Made by a program: the position numbers and the translations under genes. The notes beneath the pieces were generated by a model. It was given only the letters and a program-made list of their open reading frames with translations, was not told the DNA's origin and ran no database searches. 64,000 nt of DNA from Yuukianura sp. NJ FZ-2021 (Eukaryota). Position 1 is the stretch's first letter, and each line of letters starts with the position of its first letter. The stretch lies in NCBI GenBank assembly GCA_046563655.1, contig CM102287.1, forward strand, positions 1,922,001-1,986,000, given 5' to 3'. Below, one piece after another: positions 42,021 through 57,000 of the stretch.

Positions 42021-45000
42021 ATTTGGAAAGTGTTATAAACGAATATTCCCTGAAATTCCATAGGCAACTGAGTGATCGTGATTCCTAGTATCAAAGTGAG
42101 AACTCCTGGTTGGTATCTGGAGTGAGGGCAAGCTCGACATTTCACCGGCACTTCTCGTTTGTGCTCAAAGATGAACCCTGACAACATGTGGTTCACTGGA
42201 TGATTTTGTCGTTGATGCAGTACAACAAAGTGGACCGGTATTTGATGCATAAGATAAAGATGGTTATCAACGGTAACAAAGGTAAATTCCATGTTTTAGT
42301 GTTTCAGGCTTTGTTGTATAGTTCACCACTTAGCTAAACCTAAATGACTGTTAGATTTATGCACTTGTTGCATAGTAAAGTTGTGCTAAAATAAAATTTC
42401 GGATTGTTTTTGGACACAAGTTATTAAGATGTCCTTTATTTGAAGTGAACGATGTTAGTAAAACATACAAAAGTATTTCTTGAAAATTCCAACCAATAAT
42501 TGCAAATAATGGTGAATGTTCAATTTTGATTTGGAAAGTGTTATAATCGAATATTCCTTGAAATTCCATAGGCAACTGAGTGATCGTGATTCCTAGTATC
42601 AAAGTGAGAACTCCTGGTTGGTATCTGGAGTGAGGGCAAGCTCGACATTTCACCGGCACTTCTCGTTTGTGCTCAAAGATGAACCCTGACAACATGTGGT
42701 TCACTGGATGATTTTGTCGTTGATGCAGTACAACAAAGTGGACCGGTATTTGATGCATAAGATAAAGATGGTTATCAACGGTAACAAAGGTAAATTCCAT
42801 GTTTTAGTGTTTCAGGCTTTGTTGTATAGTTCACCACTTAGCTAAACCTAAATGACTGTTAGATTTATGCACTTGTTGCATAGTAAAGTTGTGCTAAAAT
42901 AAAATTTCGGATTGTTTTTGGACACAAGTTATTAAGATGTCCTTTATTTGAAGTGAACGATGTTAGTAAAACATACAAAAGTATTTCTTGAAAATTCCAA
43001 CCAATAATTGCAAATAATGGTGAATGTTCAATTTTGATTTGGAAAGTGTTATAATCGAATATTCCTTGAAATTCCATAGGCAACTGAGTGATCGTGATTC
43101 CTAGTATCAAAGTGAGAACTCCTGGTTGGTATCTGGAGTGAGGGCAAGCTCGACATTTCACCGGCACTTCTCGTTTGTGCTCAAAGATGAACCCTGACAA
43201 CATGTGGTTCACTGGGTGATTTTGTCGTTGATGCAGTACGACAAAGTGGACCGGTATTTGATGCATAACATAAAGATGGTTATCAACGGTAACAAAGGTA
43301 AATTCCATGTTTTAGTGTTTCAGGCTTTGTTGTATAGTTCACCCATTAGTTAAACCTAAATGGCTATTAGATTTATGCACTTGTTGCATAGTAGAGTTGT
43401 GCTAAAATAGAATTTCGCACTGTTTTTGGACACAAGTTATTAAGATGTCCTTTATTTGATGTGAACGATGTTAGTAAAACATACAAAAGTATTTCTTGAA
43501 AATTCCAACCAATAATAGCAAATAATGTTGAATATTCAATTTTTATTTGGAAAGTGTTATAATCGAATATTCCCTGAAATTCCATAGGCAACTGAGTGAT
43601 CGTGATTCCTAGTATCAAAGTGAGAACTCCTGGTTGGTATCTGGAGTGAGGGCAAGCTCGACATTTCACCGGCACTTCTCGTTTGTGCTCAAAGATGAAC
43701 CCTGACAACATGTGGTTCACTGGATGATTTTGTCGTTGATGCAGTACGACAAAGTGGACCGGTATTTGATGCATAACATAAAGATGGTTATCAACGGTAA
43801 CAAAGGTAAATTCCATGTTTTAGTGTTTCAGGCTTTGTTGTATAGTTCACCACTTAGTTAAACCTAAATGACTATTAGATTTATGCACTTGTTGCATAGT
43901 AAAGTTGTGCTAAAATAAAATTTCGGATTGTTGTTGGACGCAAGTTATTCAGATGTCCTTTAGTTGAAGTGAACGATGTTAGTAAAACATACAAAAGTAT
44001 TTCCTAAAAATTCCAACCAATAATAGCAAATAATGTTGAATGTTCAATTTTGATTTAGAAAATGTTATAATCGAATATTCCTTGAAATTCCATAGGCAAC
44101 TGAGTGATCGTGATTCCTAGTATCAAAGTGAGAACTCCTGGTTGGTATCTGGAGTGAGGGCAAGCTCGACATTTCACCGGCACTTCTCGTTTGTGCTCAA
44201 AGATGAACCCTGACAACATGTGGTTCACTGGGTGATTTTGTCGTTGATGCAGTACGACAAAGTGGACCGGTATTTGATGCATAAGATAAAGATGGTTATC
44301 AACGGTAACAAAGGTAAATTCCATGTTTTAGTGTTTCAGGCTTTGTTGTATAGTTCACCCATTAGTTAAACCTAAATGGCTATTAGATTTATGCACTTGT
44401 TGCATAGTAAAGTTGTGCTAAAATAAAATTTCGGATTGTTTTTGGACACAAGTTATTAAGATGTCCTTTATTTGAAGTGAACGATGTTAGTAAAACATAC
44501 AAAAGTATTTCTTGAAAATTCCAGCCAATAACAGCAAATAATGTTGAATGTTCAATTTTCATTTGGAAAGTGTTATAATCGAATATTCCCTGAAATTCCA
44601 TAGGCAACTGAGTGATCGTGATTCCTAGTATCAAAGTGAGAACTCCTGGTTGGTATCTGGAGTGAGGGCAAGCTCGACATTTCACCGGCACTTCTCGTTT
44701 GTGCTCAAAGATGAACCCTGACAACATGTGGTTCACTGGATGATTTTGTCGTTGATGCAGTACGACAAAGTGGACCGGTATTTGATGCATAACATAAAGA
44801 TGGTTATCAACGGTAACAAAGGTAAATTCCATGTTTTAGTGTTTCAGGCTTTGTTGTATAGTTCACCACTTAGTTAAACCTAAATGACTGTTAGATTTAT
44901 GCACTTGTTGCATAGTAAAGTTGTGCTAAAATAAAATTTCGGATTGTTTTTGGACACAAGTTATTAAGATGTCCTTTATTTGAAGTGAACGATGTTAGTA

Positions 45001-48000
45001 AAACATACAAAAGTATTTCTTGAAAATTCCAACCAATAATTGCAAATAATGGTGAATGTTCAATTTTGATTTGGAAAGTGTTATAATCGAATATTCCTTG
45101 AAATTCCATAGGCAACTGAGTGATCGTGATTCCTAGTATCAAAGTGAGAACTCCTGGTTGGTATCTGGAGTGAGGGCAAGCTCGACATTTCACCGGCACT
45201 TCTCGTTTGTGCTCAAAGATGAACCCTGACAACATGTGGTTCACTGGATGATTTTGTCGTTGATGCAGTACGACAAAGTGGACCGGTATTTGATGCATAA
45301 GATAAAGATGGTTATCAACGGTAACAAAGGTAAATTCCATGTTTTAGTGTTTCAGGCTTTGTTGTATAGTTCACCACTTAGTTAAACCTAAATGACTGTT
45401 AGATTTATGCACTTGTTGCATAGTAAAGTTGTGCTAAAATAAAATTTCGGATTGTTTTTGGACACAAGTTATTAAGATGTCCTTTATTTGAAGTGAACGA
45501 TGTTAGTAAAACATACAAAAGTATTTCTTGAAAATTCCAACCAATAATTGCAAATAATGGTGAATGTTCAATTTTGATTTGGAAAGTGTTATAATCGAAT
45601 ATTCCTTGAAATTCCATAGGCAACTGAGTGATCGTGATTCCTAGTATCAAAGTGAGAACTCCTGGTTGGTATCTGGAGTGAGGGCAAGCTCGACATTTCA
45701 CCGGCACTTCTCGTTTGTGCTCAAAGATGAACCCTGACAACATGTGGTTCACTGGATGATTTTGTCGTTGATGCAGTACGACAAAGTGGACCGGTATTTG
45801 ATGCATAAGATAAAGATGGTTATCAACGGTAACAAAGGTAAATTCCATGTTTTAGTGTTTCAGGCTTTGTTGTATAGTTCACCACTTAGTTAAACCTAAA
45901 TGACTATTAGATTTATGCACTTGTTGCATAGTAAAGTTGTGCTAAAATAAAATTTCGGATTGTTTTTGGACACAAGTTATTCAGATGTCCTTTATTTGAT
46001 GCGAACGATGTTAGTAAAACATACAAAAGTATTTCTTGAAAATTCCAACCAATAATAGCAAATAATGTTGAATGTTCAATTTTGATTTGGAAAGTGTTAT
46101 AATCGAATATTCCTTGAAATTCCATAGGCAACTGAGTGATCGTGATTCCTAGTATCAAAGTGAGAACTCCTGGTTGGTATCTGGAGTGAGGGCAAGCTCG
46201 ACATTTCACCGGCACTTCTCGTTTGTGCTCAAAGATGAACCCTGACAACATGTGGTTCACTGGGTGATTTTGTCGTTGATGCAGTACGACAAAGTGGACC
46301 GGTATTTGATGCATAAGATAAAGATGGTTATCAACGGTAACAAAGGTAAATTCCATGTTTTAGTGTTTCAGGCTTTGTTGTATAGTTCACCCATTAGTTA
46401 AACCTAAATGGCTATTAGATTTATGCACTTATTGCATAGTAAAGTTGTGCTAAAATAAAATTTCGGATTGTTTTTGGACACAAGTTATTAAGATGTCCTT
46501 TATTTGATGCGAACGATGTTAGTAAAACATACAAAAGTATTTCTTGAAAATTCCAACCAATAATAGCAAATAATGTTGAATGTTCAATTTTGATTTGGAA
46601 AGTGTTATAATCGAATATTCCCTGAAATTCCATAGGCAACTGAGTGATCGTGATTCCTAGTATCAAAGTGAGAACTCCTGGTTGGTATCTGGAGTGAGGG
46701 CAAGCTCGACATTTCACCGGCACTTCTCGTTTGTGCTCAAAGATGAACCCTGACAACATGTGGTTCACTGGATGATTTTGTCGTTGATGCAGTACGACAA
46801 AGTGGACCGGTATTTGATGCATAAGATAAAGATGGTTATCAACGGTAACAAAGGTAAATTCCATGTTTTAGTGTTTCAGGCTTTGTTGTATAGTTCACCA
46901 CTTAGTTAAACCTAAATGACTATTAGATTTATGCACTTGTTGCATAGTAAAGTTGTGCTAAAATAAAATTTCGGATTGTTTTTGGACACAAGTTATTAAG
47001 ATGTCCTTTATTTGATGCGTACGATGTTAGTAAAACATACAAAAGTATTTCTTGAAAATTCCAACCAATAATAGCAAATAATGTTGAATGTTCAATTTTG
47101 ATTTGGAAAGTGTTATAATCGAATATTCCTTGAAATTCCATAGGCAACTGAGTGATCGTGATTCCTAGTATCAAAGTGAGAACTCCTGGTTGGTATCTGG
47201 AGTGAGGGCAAGCTCGACATTTCACCGGCACTTCTCGTTTGTGCTCAAAGATGAACCCTGACAACATGTGGTTCACTGGGTGATTTTGTCGTTGATGCAG
47301 TACGACAAAGTGGACCGGTATTTGATGCATAAGATAAAGATGGTTATCAACGGTAACAAAGGTAAATTCCATGTTTTAGTGTTTCAGGCTTTGTTGTATA
47401 GTTCACCCATTAGTTAAACCTAAATGGCTATTAGATTTATGCACTTATTGCATAGTAAAGTTGTGCTAAAATAAAATTTCGGATTGTTTTTGGACACAAG
47501 TTATTAAGATGTCCTTTATTTGATGCGTACGATGTTAGTAAAACATACAAAAGTATTTCTTGAAAATTCCAACCAATAATAGCAAATAATGTTGAATGTT
47601 CAATTTTGATTTAGAAAATGTTATAATCGAATATTCCCTGAAATTCCATAGGCAACTGAGTGATCGTGATTCCTAGTATCAAAGTGAGAACTCCTGGTTG
47701 GTATCTGGAGTGAGGGCAAGCTCGACATTTCACCGGCACTTCTCGTTTGTGCTCAAAGATGAACCCTGACAACATGTGGTTCACTGGATGATTTTGTCGT
47801 TGATGCAGTACGACAAAGTGGACCGGTATTTGATGCATAAGATAAAGATGGTTATCAACGGTAACAAAGGTAAATTCCATGTTTTAGTGTTTCAGGCTTT
47901 GTTGTATAGTTCACCACTTAGTTAAACCTAAATGACTGTTAGATTTATGCACTTGTTGCATAGTAAAGTTGTGCTAAAATAAAATTTCGGATTGTTTTTG

Positions 48001-51000
48001 GACACAAGTTATTAAGATGTCCTTTATTTGAAGTGAACGATGTTAGTAAAACATACAAAAGTATTTCTTGAAAATTCCAACCAATAATACCAAATAATGT
48101 TGAATGTTCAATTTTGATTTGGAAAGTGTTATAATCGAATATTCCCTGAAATTCCATAGGCAACTGAGTGATCGTGATTCCTAGTATCAAAGTGAGAACT
48201 CCTGGTTGGTATCTGGAGTGAGGGCAAGCTCGACATTTCACCGGCACTTCTCGTTTGTGCTCAAAGATGAACCCTGACAACATGTGGTTCACTGGATGAT
48301 TTTGTCGTTGATGCAGTACGACAAAGTGGACCGGTATTTGATGCATAAGATAAAGATGGTTATCAACGGTAACAAAGGTAAATTCCATGTTTTAGTGTTT
48401 CAGGCTTTGTTGTATAGTTCACCACTTAGTTAAACCTAAATGACTGTTAGATTTATGCACTTGTTGCATAGTAAAGTTGTGCTAAAATAAAATTTCGGAT
48501 TGTTTTTGGACACAAGTTATTAAGATGTCCTTTATTTGAAGTGAACGATGTTAGTAAAACATACAAAAGTATTTCTTGAAAATTCCAACCAATAATTGCA
48601 AATAATGTTGAATGTTCAATTTTGATTTGGAAAGTGTTATAATCGAATATTCCCTGAAATTCCATAGGCAACTGAGTGATCGTGATTCCTAGTATCAAAG
48701 TGAGAACTCCTGGTTGGTATCTGGAGTGAGGGCAAGCTCGACATTTCACCGGCACTTCTCGTTTGTGCTCAAAGATGAACCCTGACAACATGTGGTTCAC
48801 TGGGTGATTTTGTCGTTGATGCAGTACGACAAAGTGGACCGGTATTTGATGCATAAGATAAAGATGGTTATCAACGGTAACAAAGGTAAATTCCATGTTT
48901 TAGTGTTTCAGGCTTTGTTGTATAGTTCACCCATTAGTTAAACCTAAATGACTGTTAGATTTATGCACTTGTTGCATAGTAAAGTTGTGCTAAAATTAAA
49001 TTTCGGATTGTTTTTGGACACAAGTTATTAAGATGTCCTTTATTTGAAGTGAACGATGTTAGTAAAACATACAAAAGTATTTCTTGAAAATTCCAACCAA
49101 TAATTGCAAATAATGGTGAATGTTCAATTTTGATTTGGAAAGTGTTATAATCGAATATTCCCTGAAATTCCATAGGCAACTGAGTGATCGTGATTCCTAG
49201 TATCAAAGTGAGAACTCCTGGTTGGTATCTGGAGTGAGGGCAAGCTCGACATTTCACCGGCACTTCTCGTTTGTGCTCAAAGATGAACCCTGACAACATG
49301 TGGTTCACTGGATGATTTTGTCGTTGATGCAGTACGACAAAGTGGACCGGTATTTGATGCATAAGATAAAGATGGTTATCAACGGTAACAAAGGTAAATT
49401 CCATGTTTTAGTGTTTCAGGCTTTGTTGTATAGTTCACCACTTAGTTAAACCTAAATGACTGTTAGATTTATGCACTTGTTGCATAGTAAAGTTGTGCTA
49501 AAATAAAATTTCGGATTGTTTTTGGACACAAGTTATTAAGATGTCCTTTATTTGAAGTGAACGATGTTAGTAAAACATACAAAAGTATTTCTTGAAAATT
49601 CCAACCAATAATTGCAAATAATGGTGAATGTTCAATTTTGATTTGGAAAGTGTTATAATCGAATATTCCTTGAAATTCCATAGGCAACTGAGTGATCGTG
49701 ATTCCTAGTATCAAAGTGAGAACTCCTGGTTGGTATCTGGAGTGAGGGCAAGCTCGACATTTCACCGGCACTTCTCGTTTGTGCTCAAAGATGAACCCTG
49801 ACAACATGTGGTTCACTGGGTGATTTTGTCGTTGATGCAGTACGACAAAGTGGACCGGTATTTGATGCATAAGATAAAGATGGTTATCAACGGTAACAAA
49901 GGTAAATTCCATGTTTTAGTGTTTCAGGCTTTGTTGTATAGTTCACCACTTAGTTAAACCTAAATGACTGTTAGATTTATGCACTTGTTGCATAGTAAAG
50001 TTGTGCTAAAATAGAATTTCGGATTGTTTTTGGACACAAGTTATTAAGATGTCCTTTATTTGAAGTGAACGATGTTAGTAAAACATACAAAAGTATTTCT
50101 TGAAAATTCCAACCAATAATTGCAAATAATGGTGAATGTTCAATTTTGATTTGGAAAGTGTTATAATCGAATATTCCCTGAAATTCCATAGGCAACTGAG
50201 TGATCGTGATTCCTAGTATCAAAGTGAGAACTCCTGGTTGGTATCTGGAGTGAGGGCAAGCTCGACATTTCACCGGCACTTCTCGTTTGTGCTCAAAGAT
50301 GAACCCTGACAACATGTGGTTCACTGGGTGATTTTGTCGTTGATGCAGTACGACAAAGTGGACCGGTATTTGATGCATAAGATAAAGATGGTTATCAACG
50401 GTAACAAAGGTAAATTCCATGTTTTAGTGTTTCAGGCTTTGTTGTATAGTTCACCCATTAGTTAAACCTAAATGATTATTAGATTTATGCACTTGTAGCA
50501 TAGTAGAGTTGTGCTAAAGTAAAATTTCGGATTGTTGTTGGACACAAGTTATTAAGATGTCCTTTATTTGAAGTGAACGATGTTAGTAAAACATACAAAA
50601 GTATTTCTTGAAAATTCCAACCAATAATTGCAAATAATGGTGAATGTTCAATTTTGATTTGGAAAGTGTTATAATCGAATATTCCCTGAAATTCCATAGG
50701 CAACTGAGTGATCGTGATTCCTAGTATCAAAGTGAGAACTCCTGGTTGGTATCTGGAGTGAGGGCAAGCTCGACATTTCACCGGCACTTCTCGTTTGTGC
50801 TCAAAGATGAACCCTGACAACATGTGGTTCACTGGGTGATTTTGTCGTTGATGCAGTACGACAAAGTGGACCGGTATTTGATGCATAAGATAAAGATGGT
50901 TATCAACGGTAACAAAGGTAAATTCCATGTTTTAGTGTTTCAGGCTTTGTTGTATAGTTCACCACTTAGTTAAACCTAAATGACTGTTAGATTTATGCAC

Positions 51001-54000
51001 TTGTTGCATAGTAAAGTTGTGCTAAAATAAAATTTCGGATTGTTTTTGGACACAAGTTATTAAGATGTCCTTTATTTGAAGTGAACGATGTTAGTAAAAC
51101 ATACAAAAGTATTTCTTGAAAATTCCAACCAATAATTGCAAATAATGGTGAATGTTCAATTTTTGATTTGGAAAGTGTTATAATCGAATATTCCCTGAAA
51201 TTCCATAGGCAACTGAGTGATCGTGATTCCTAGTATCAAAGTGAGAACTCCTGGTTGGTATCTGGAGTGAGGGCAAGCTCGACATTTCACCGGCACTTCT
51301 CGTTTGTGCTCAAAGATGAACCCTGACAACATGTGGTTCACTGGATGATTTTGTCGTTGATGCAGTACGACAAAGTGGACCGGTATTTGATGCATAAGAT
51401 AAAGATGGTTATCAACGGTAACAAAGGTAAATTCCATGTTTTAGTGTTTCAGGCTTTGTTGTATAGTTCACCACTTAGTTAAACCTAAATGACTGTTAGA
51501 TTTATGCACTTGTTGCATAGTAAAGTTGTGCTAAAATAGAATTTCGGATTGTTTTTGGACACAAGTTATTAAGATGTCCTTTATTTGAAGTGAACGATGT
51601 TAGTAAAACATACAAAAGTATTTCTTGAAAATTCCAACCAATAATTGCAAATAATGGTGAATGTTCAATTTTGATTTGGAAAGTGTTATAATCGAATATT
51701 CCCTGAAATTCCATAGGCAACTGAGTGATCGTGATTCCTAGTATCAAAGTGAGAACTCCTGGTTGGTATCTGGAGTGAGGGCAAGCTCGACATTTCACCG
51801 GCACTTCTCGTTTGTGCTCAAAGATGAACCCTGACAACATGTGGTTCACTGGGTGATTTTGTCGTTGATGCAGTACGACAAAGTGGACCGGTATTTGATG
51901 CATAAGATAAAGATGGTTATCAACGGTAACAAAGGTAAATTCCATGTTTTAGTGTTTCAGGCTTTGTTGTATAGTTCACCCATTAGTTAAACCTAAATGG
52001 CTATTAGATTTATGCACTTGTTGCATAGTAGAGTTGTGCTAAAATAAAATTTCGGATTGTTTTTGGACACAAGTTATTAAGATGTCCTTTATTTGAAGTG
52101 AACGATGTTAGTAAAACATACAAAAGTATTTCTTGAAAATTCCAACCAATAATTGCAAATAATGGTGAATGTTCAATTTTTATTTGGAAAGTGTTATAAT
52201 CGAATATTCCCTGAAATTCCATAGGCAACTGAGTGATCGTGATTCCTAGTATCAAAGTGAGAACTCCTGGTTGGTATCTGGAGTGAGGGCAAGCTCGACA
52301 TTTCACCGGCACTTCTCGTTTGTGCTCAAAGATGAACCCTGACAACATGTGGTTCACTGGGTGATTTTGTCGTTGATGCAGTACGACAAAGTGGACCGGT
52401 ATTTGATGCATAAGATAAAGATGGTTATCAACGGTAACAAAGGTAAATTCCATGTTTTAGTGTTTCAGGCTTTGTTGTATAGTTCACCCATTAGTTAAAC
52501 CTAAATGACTATTAGATTTATGCACTTGTTGCATAGTAGAGTTGTGCTAAAATAGAATTTCGGATTGTTTTTGGACACAAGTTATTAAGATGTCCTTTAT
52601 TTGAAGTGAACGATGTTAGTAAAACATACAAAAGTATTTCTTGAAAATTCCAACCAATAATTGCAAATAATGGTGAATGTTCAATTTTGATTTGGAAAGT
52701 GTTATAATCGAATATTCCCTGAAATTCCATAGGCAACTGAGTGATCGTGATTCCTAGTATCAAAGTGAGAACTCCTGGTTGGTATCTGGAGTGAGGGCAA
52801 GCTCGACATTTCACCGGCACTTCTCGTTTGTGCTCAAAGATGAACCCTGACAACATGTGGTTCACTGGGTGATTTTGTCGTTGATGCAGTACGACAAAGT
52901 GGACCGGTATTTGATGCATAAGATAAAGATGGTTATCAACGGTAACAAAGGTAAATTCCATGTTTTAGTGTTTCAGGCTTTGTTGTATAGTTCACCCACT
53001 TAGTTAAACCTAAATGACTGTTAGATTTATGCACTTGTTGCATAGTAAAGTTGTGCTAAAATAGAATTTCGGATTGTTTTTGGACACAAGTTATTAAGAT
53101 GTCCTTTATTTGAAGTGAACGATGTTAGTAAAACATACAAAAGTATTTCTTGAAAATTCCAACCAATAATTGCAAATAATGGTGAATGTTCAATTTTTAT
53201 TTGGAAAGTGTTATAATCGAATATTCCCTGAAATTCCATAGGCAACTGAGTGATCGTGATTCCTAGTATCAAAGTGAGAACTCCTGGTTGGTATCTGGAG
53301 TGAGGGCAAGCTCGACATTTCACCGGCACTTCTCGTTTGTGCTCAAAGATGAACCCTGACAACATGTGGTTCACTGGGTGATTTTGTCGTTGATGCAGTA
53401 CGACAAAGTGGACCGGTATTTGATGCATAAGATAAAGATGGTTATCAACGGTAACAAAGGTAAATTCCATGTTTTAGTGTTTCAGGCTTTGTTGTATAGT
53501 TCACCACTTAGTTAAACCTAAATGACTGTTAGATTTATGCACTTGTTGCATAGTAAAGTTGTGCTAAAATAGAATTTCGGATTGTTTTTGGACACAAGTT
53601 ATTAAGATGTCCTTTATTTGAAGTGAACGATGTTAGTAAAACATACAAAAGTATTTCTTGAAAATTCCAACCAATAATTGCAAATAATGGTGAATGTTCA
53701 ATTTTTATTTGGAAAGTGTTATAATCGAATATTCCCTGAAATTCCATAGGCAACTGAGTGATCGTGATTCCTAGTATCAAAGTGAGAACTCCTGGTTGGT
53801 ATCTGGAGTGAGGGCAAGCTCGACATTTCACCGGCACTTCTCGTTTGTGCTCAAAGATGAACCCTGACAACATGTGGTTCACTGGGTGATTTTGTCGTTG
53901 ATGCAGTACGACAAAGTGGACCGGTATTTGATGCATAAGATAAAGATGGTTATCAACGGTAACAAAGGTAAATTCCATGTTTTAGTGTTTCAGGCTTTGT

Positions 54001-57000
54001 TGTATAGTTCACCCATTAGTTAAACCTAAATGACTGTTAGATTTATGCACTTGTTGCATAGTAGAGTTGTGCTAAAATAAAATTTCGGATTGTTTTTGGA
54101 CACAAGTTATTAAGATGTCCTTTATTTGAAGTGAACGATGTTAGTAAAACATACAAAAGTATTTCTTGAAAATTCCAACCAATAATTGCAAATAATGGTG
54201 AATGTTCAATTTTGATTTGGAAAGTGTTATAATCGAATATTCCCTGAAATTCCATAGGCAACTGAGTGATCGTGATTCCTAGTATCAAAGTGAGAACTCC
54301 TGGTTGGTATCTGGAGTGAGGGCAAGCTCGACATTTCACCGGCACTTCTCGTTTGTGCTCAAAGATGAACCCTGACAACATGTGGTTCACTGGGTGATTT
54401 TGTCGTTGATGCAGTACGACAAAGTGGACCGGTATTTGATGCATAAGATAAAGATGGTTATCAACGGTAACAAAGGTAAATTCCATGTTTTAGTGTTTCA
54501 GGCTTTGTTGTATAGTTCACCACTTAGTTAAACCTAAATGACTGTTAGATTTATGCACTTGTTGCATAGTAAAGTTGTGCTAAAATAGAATTTCGGATTG
54601 TTTTTGGACACAAGTTATTAAGATGTCCTTTATTTGAAGTGAACGATGTTAGTAAAACATACAAAAGTATTTCTTGAAAATTCCAACCAATAATTGCAAA
54701 TAATGGTGAATGTTCAATTTTTATTTGGAAAGTGTTATAATCGAATATTCCCTGAAATTCCATAGGCAACTGAGTGATCGTGATTCCTAGTATCAAAGTG
54801 AGAACTCCTGGTTGGTATCTGGAGTGAGGGCAAGCTCGACATTTCACCGGCACTTCTCGTTTGTGCTCAAAGATGAACCCTGACAACATGTGGTTCACTG
54901 GGTGATTTTGTCGTTGATGCAGTACGACAAAGTGGACCGGTATTTGATGCATAAGATAAAGATGGTTATCAACGGTAACAAAGGTAAATTCCATGTTTTA
55001 GTGTTTCAGGCTTTGTTGTATAGTTCACCACTTAGTTAAACCTAAATGACTGTTAGATTTATGCACTTGTTGCATAGTAAAGTTGTGCTAAAATAAAATT
55101 TCGGATTGTTTTTGGACACAAGTTATTAAGATGTCCTTTATTTGAAGTGAACGATGTTAGTAAAACATACAAAAGTATTTCTTGAAAATTCCAACCAATA
55201 ATTGCAAATAATGGTGAATGTTCAATTTTTGATTTGGAAAGTGTTATAATCGAATATTCCCTGAAATTCCATAGGCAACTGAGTGATCGTGATTCCTAGT
55301 ATCAAAGTGAGAACTCCTGGTTGGTATCTGGAGTGAGGGCAAGCTCGACATTTCACCGGCACTTCTCGTTTGTGCTCAAAGATGAACCCTGACAACATGT
55401 GGTTCACTGGGTGATTTTGTCGTTGATGCAGTACGACAAAGTGGACCGGTATTTGATGCATAAGATAAAGATGGTTATCAACGGTAACAAAGGTAAATTC
55501 CATGTTTTAGTGTTTCAGGCTTTGTTGTATAGTTCACCCATTAGTTAAACCTAAATGCCTGTTAGATTTATGCACTTGTAGCATAGTAGAGTTGTGCTAA
55601 AATAGAATTTCGGATTGTTTTTGGACACAAGTTATTAAGATGTCCTTTATTTGAAGTGAACGATGTTAGTAAAACATACAAAAGTATTTCTTGAAAATTC
55701 CAACCAATAATTGCAAATAATGGTGAATGTTCAATTTTTATTTGGAAAGTGTTATAATCGAATATTCCCTGAAATTCCATAGGCAACTGAGTGATCGTGA
55801 TTCCTAGTATCAAAGTGAGAACTCCTGGTTGGTATCTGGAGTGAGGGCAAGCTCGACATTTCACCGGCACTTCTCGTTTGTGCTCAAAGATGAACCCTGA
55901 CAACATGTGGTTCACTGGGTGATTTTGTCGTTGATGCAGTACGACAAAGTGGACCGGTATTTGATGCATAAGATAAAGATGGTTATCAACGGTAACAAAG
56001 GTAAATTCCATGTTTTAGTGTTTCAGGCTTTGTTGTATAGTTCACCACTTAGTTAAACCTAAATGACTGTTAGATTTATGCACTTGTTGCATAGTAAAGT
56101 TGTGCTAAAATAGAATTTCGGATTGTTTTTGGACACAAGTTATTAAGATGTCCTTTATTTGAAGTGAACGATGTTAGTAAAACATACAAAAGTATTTCTT
56201 GAAAATTCCAACCAATAATTGCAAATAATGGTGAATGTTCAATTTTTATTTGGAAAGTGTTATAATCGAATATTCCCTGAAATTCCATAGGCAACTGAGT
56301 GATCGTGATTCCTAGTATCAAAGTGAGAACTCCTGGTTGGTATCTGGAGTGAGGGCAAGCTCGACATTTCACCGGCACTTCTCGTTTGTGCTCAAAGATG
56401 AACCCTGACAACATGTGGTTCACTGGGTGATTTTGTCGTTGATGCAGTACGACAAAGTGGACCGGTATTTGATGCATAAGATAAAGATGGTTATCAACGG
56501 TAACAAAGGTAAATTCCATGTTTTAGTGTTTCAGGCTTTGTTGTATAGTTCACCACTTAGTTAAACCTAAATGGCTATTAGATTTATGCACTTGTTGCAT
56601 AGTAGAGTTGTGCTAAAATAAAATTTCGCACTGTTTTTGGACACAAGTTATTAAGATGTCCTTTATTTGAAGTGAACGATGTTAGTAAAACATACAAAAG
56701 TATTTCTTGAAAATTCCAACCAATAATTGCAAATAATGGTGAATGTTCAATTTTGATTTGGAAAGTGTTATAATCGAATATTCCCTGAAATTCCATAGGC
56801 AACTGAGTGATCGTGATTCCTAGTATCAAAGTGAGAACTCCTGGTTGGTATCTGGAGTGAGGGCAAGCTCGACATTTCACCGGCACTTCTCGTTTGTGCT
56901 CAAAGATGAACCCTGACAACATGTGGTTCACTGGGTGATTTTGTCGTTGATGCAGTACGACAAAGTGGACCGGTATTTGATGCATAAGATAAAGATGGTT

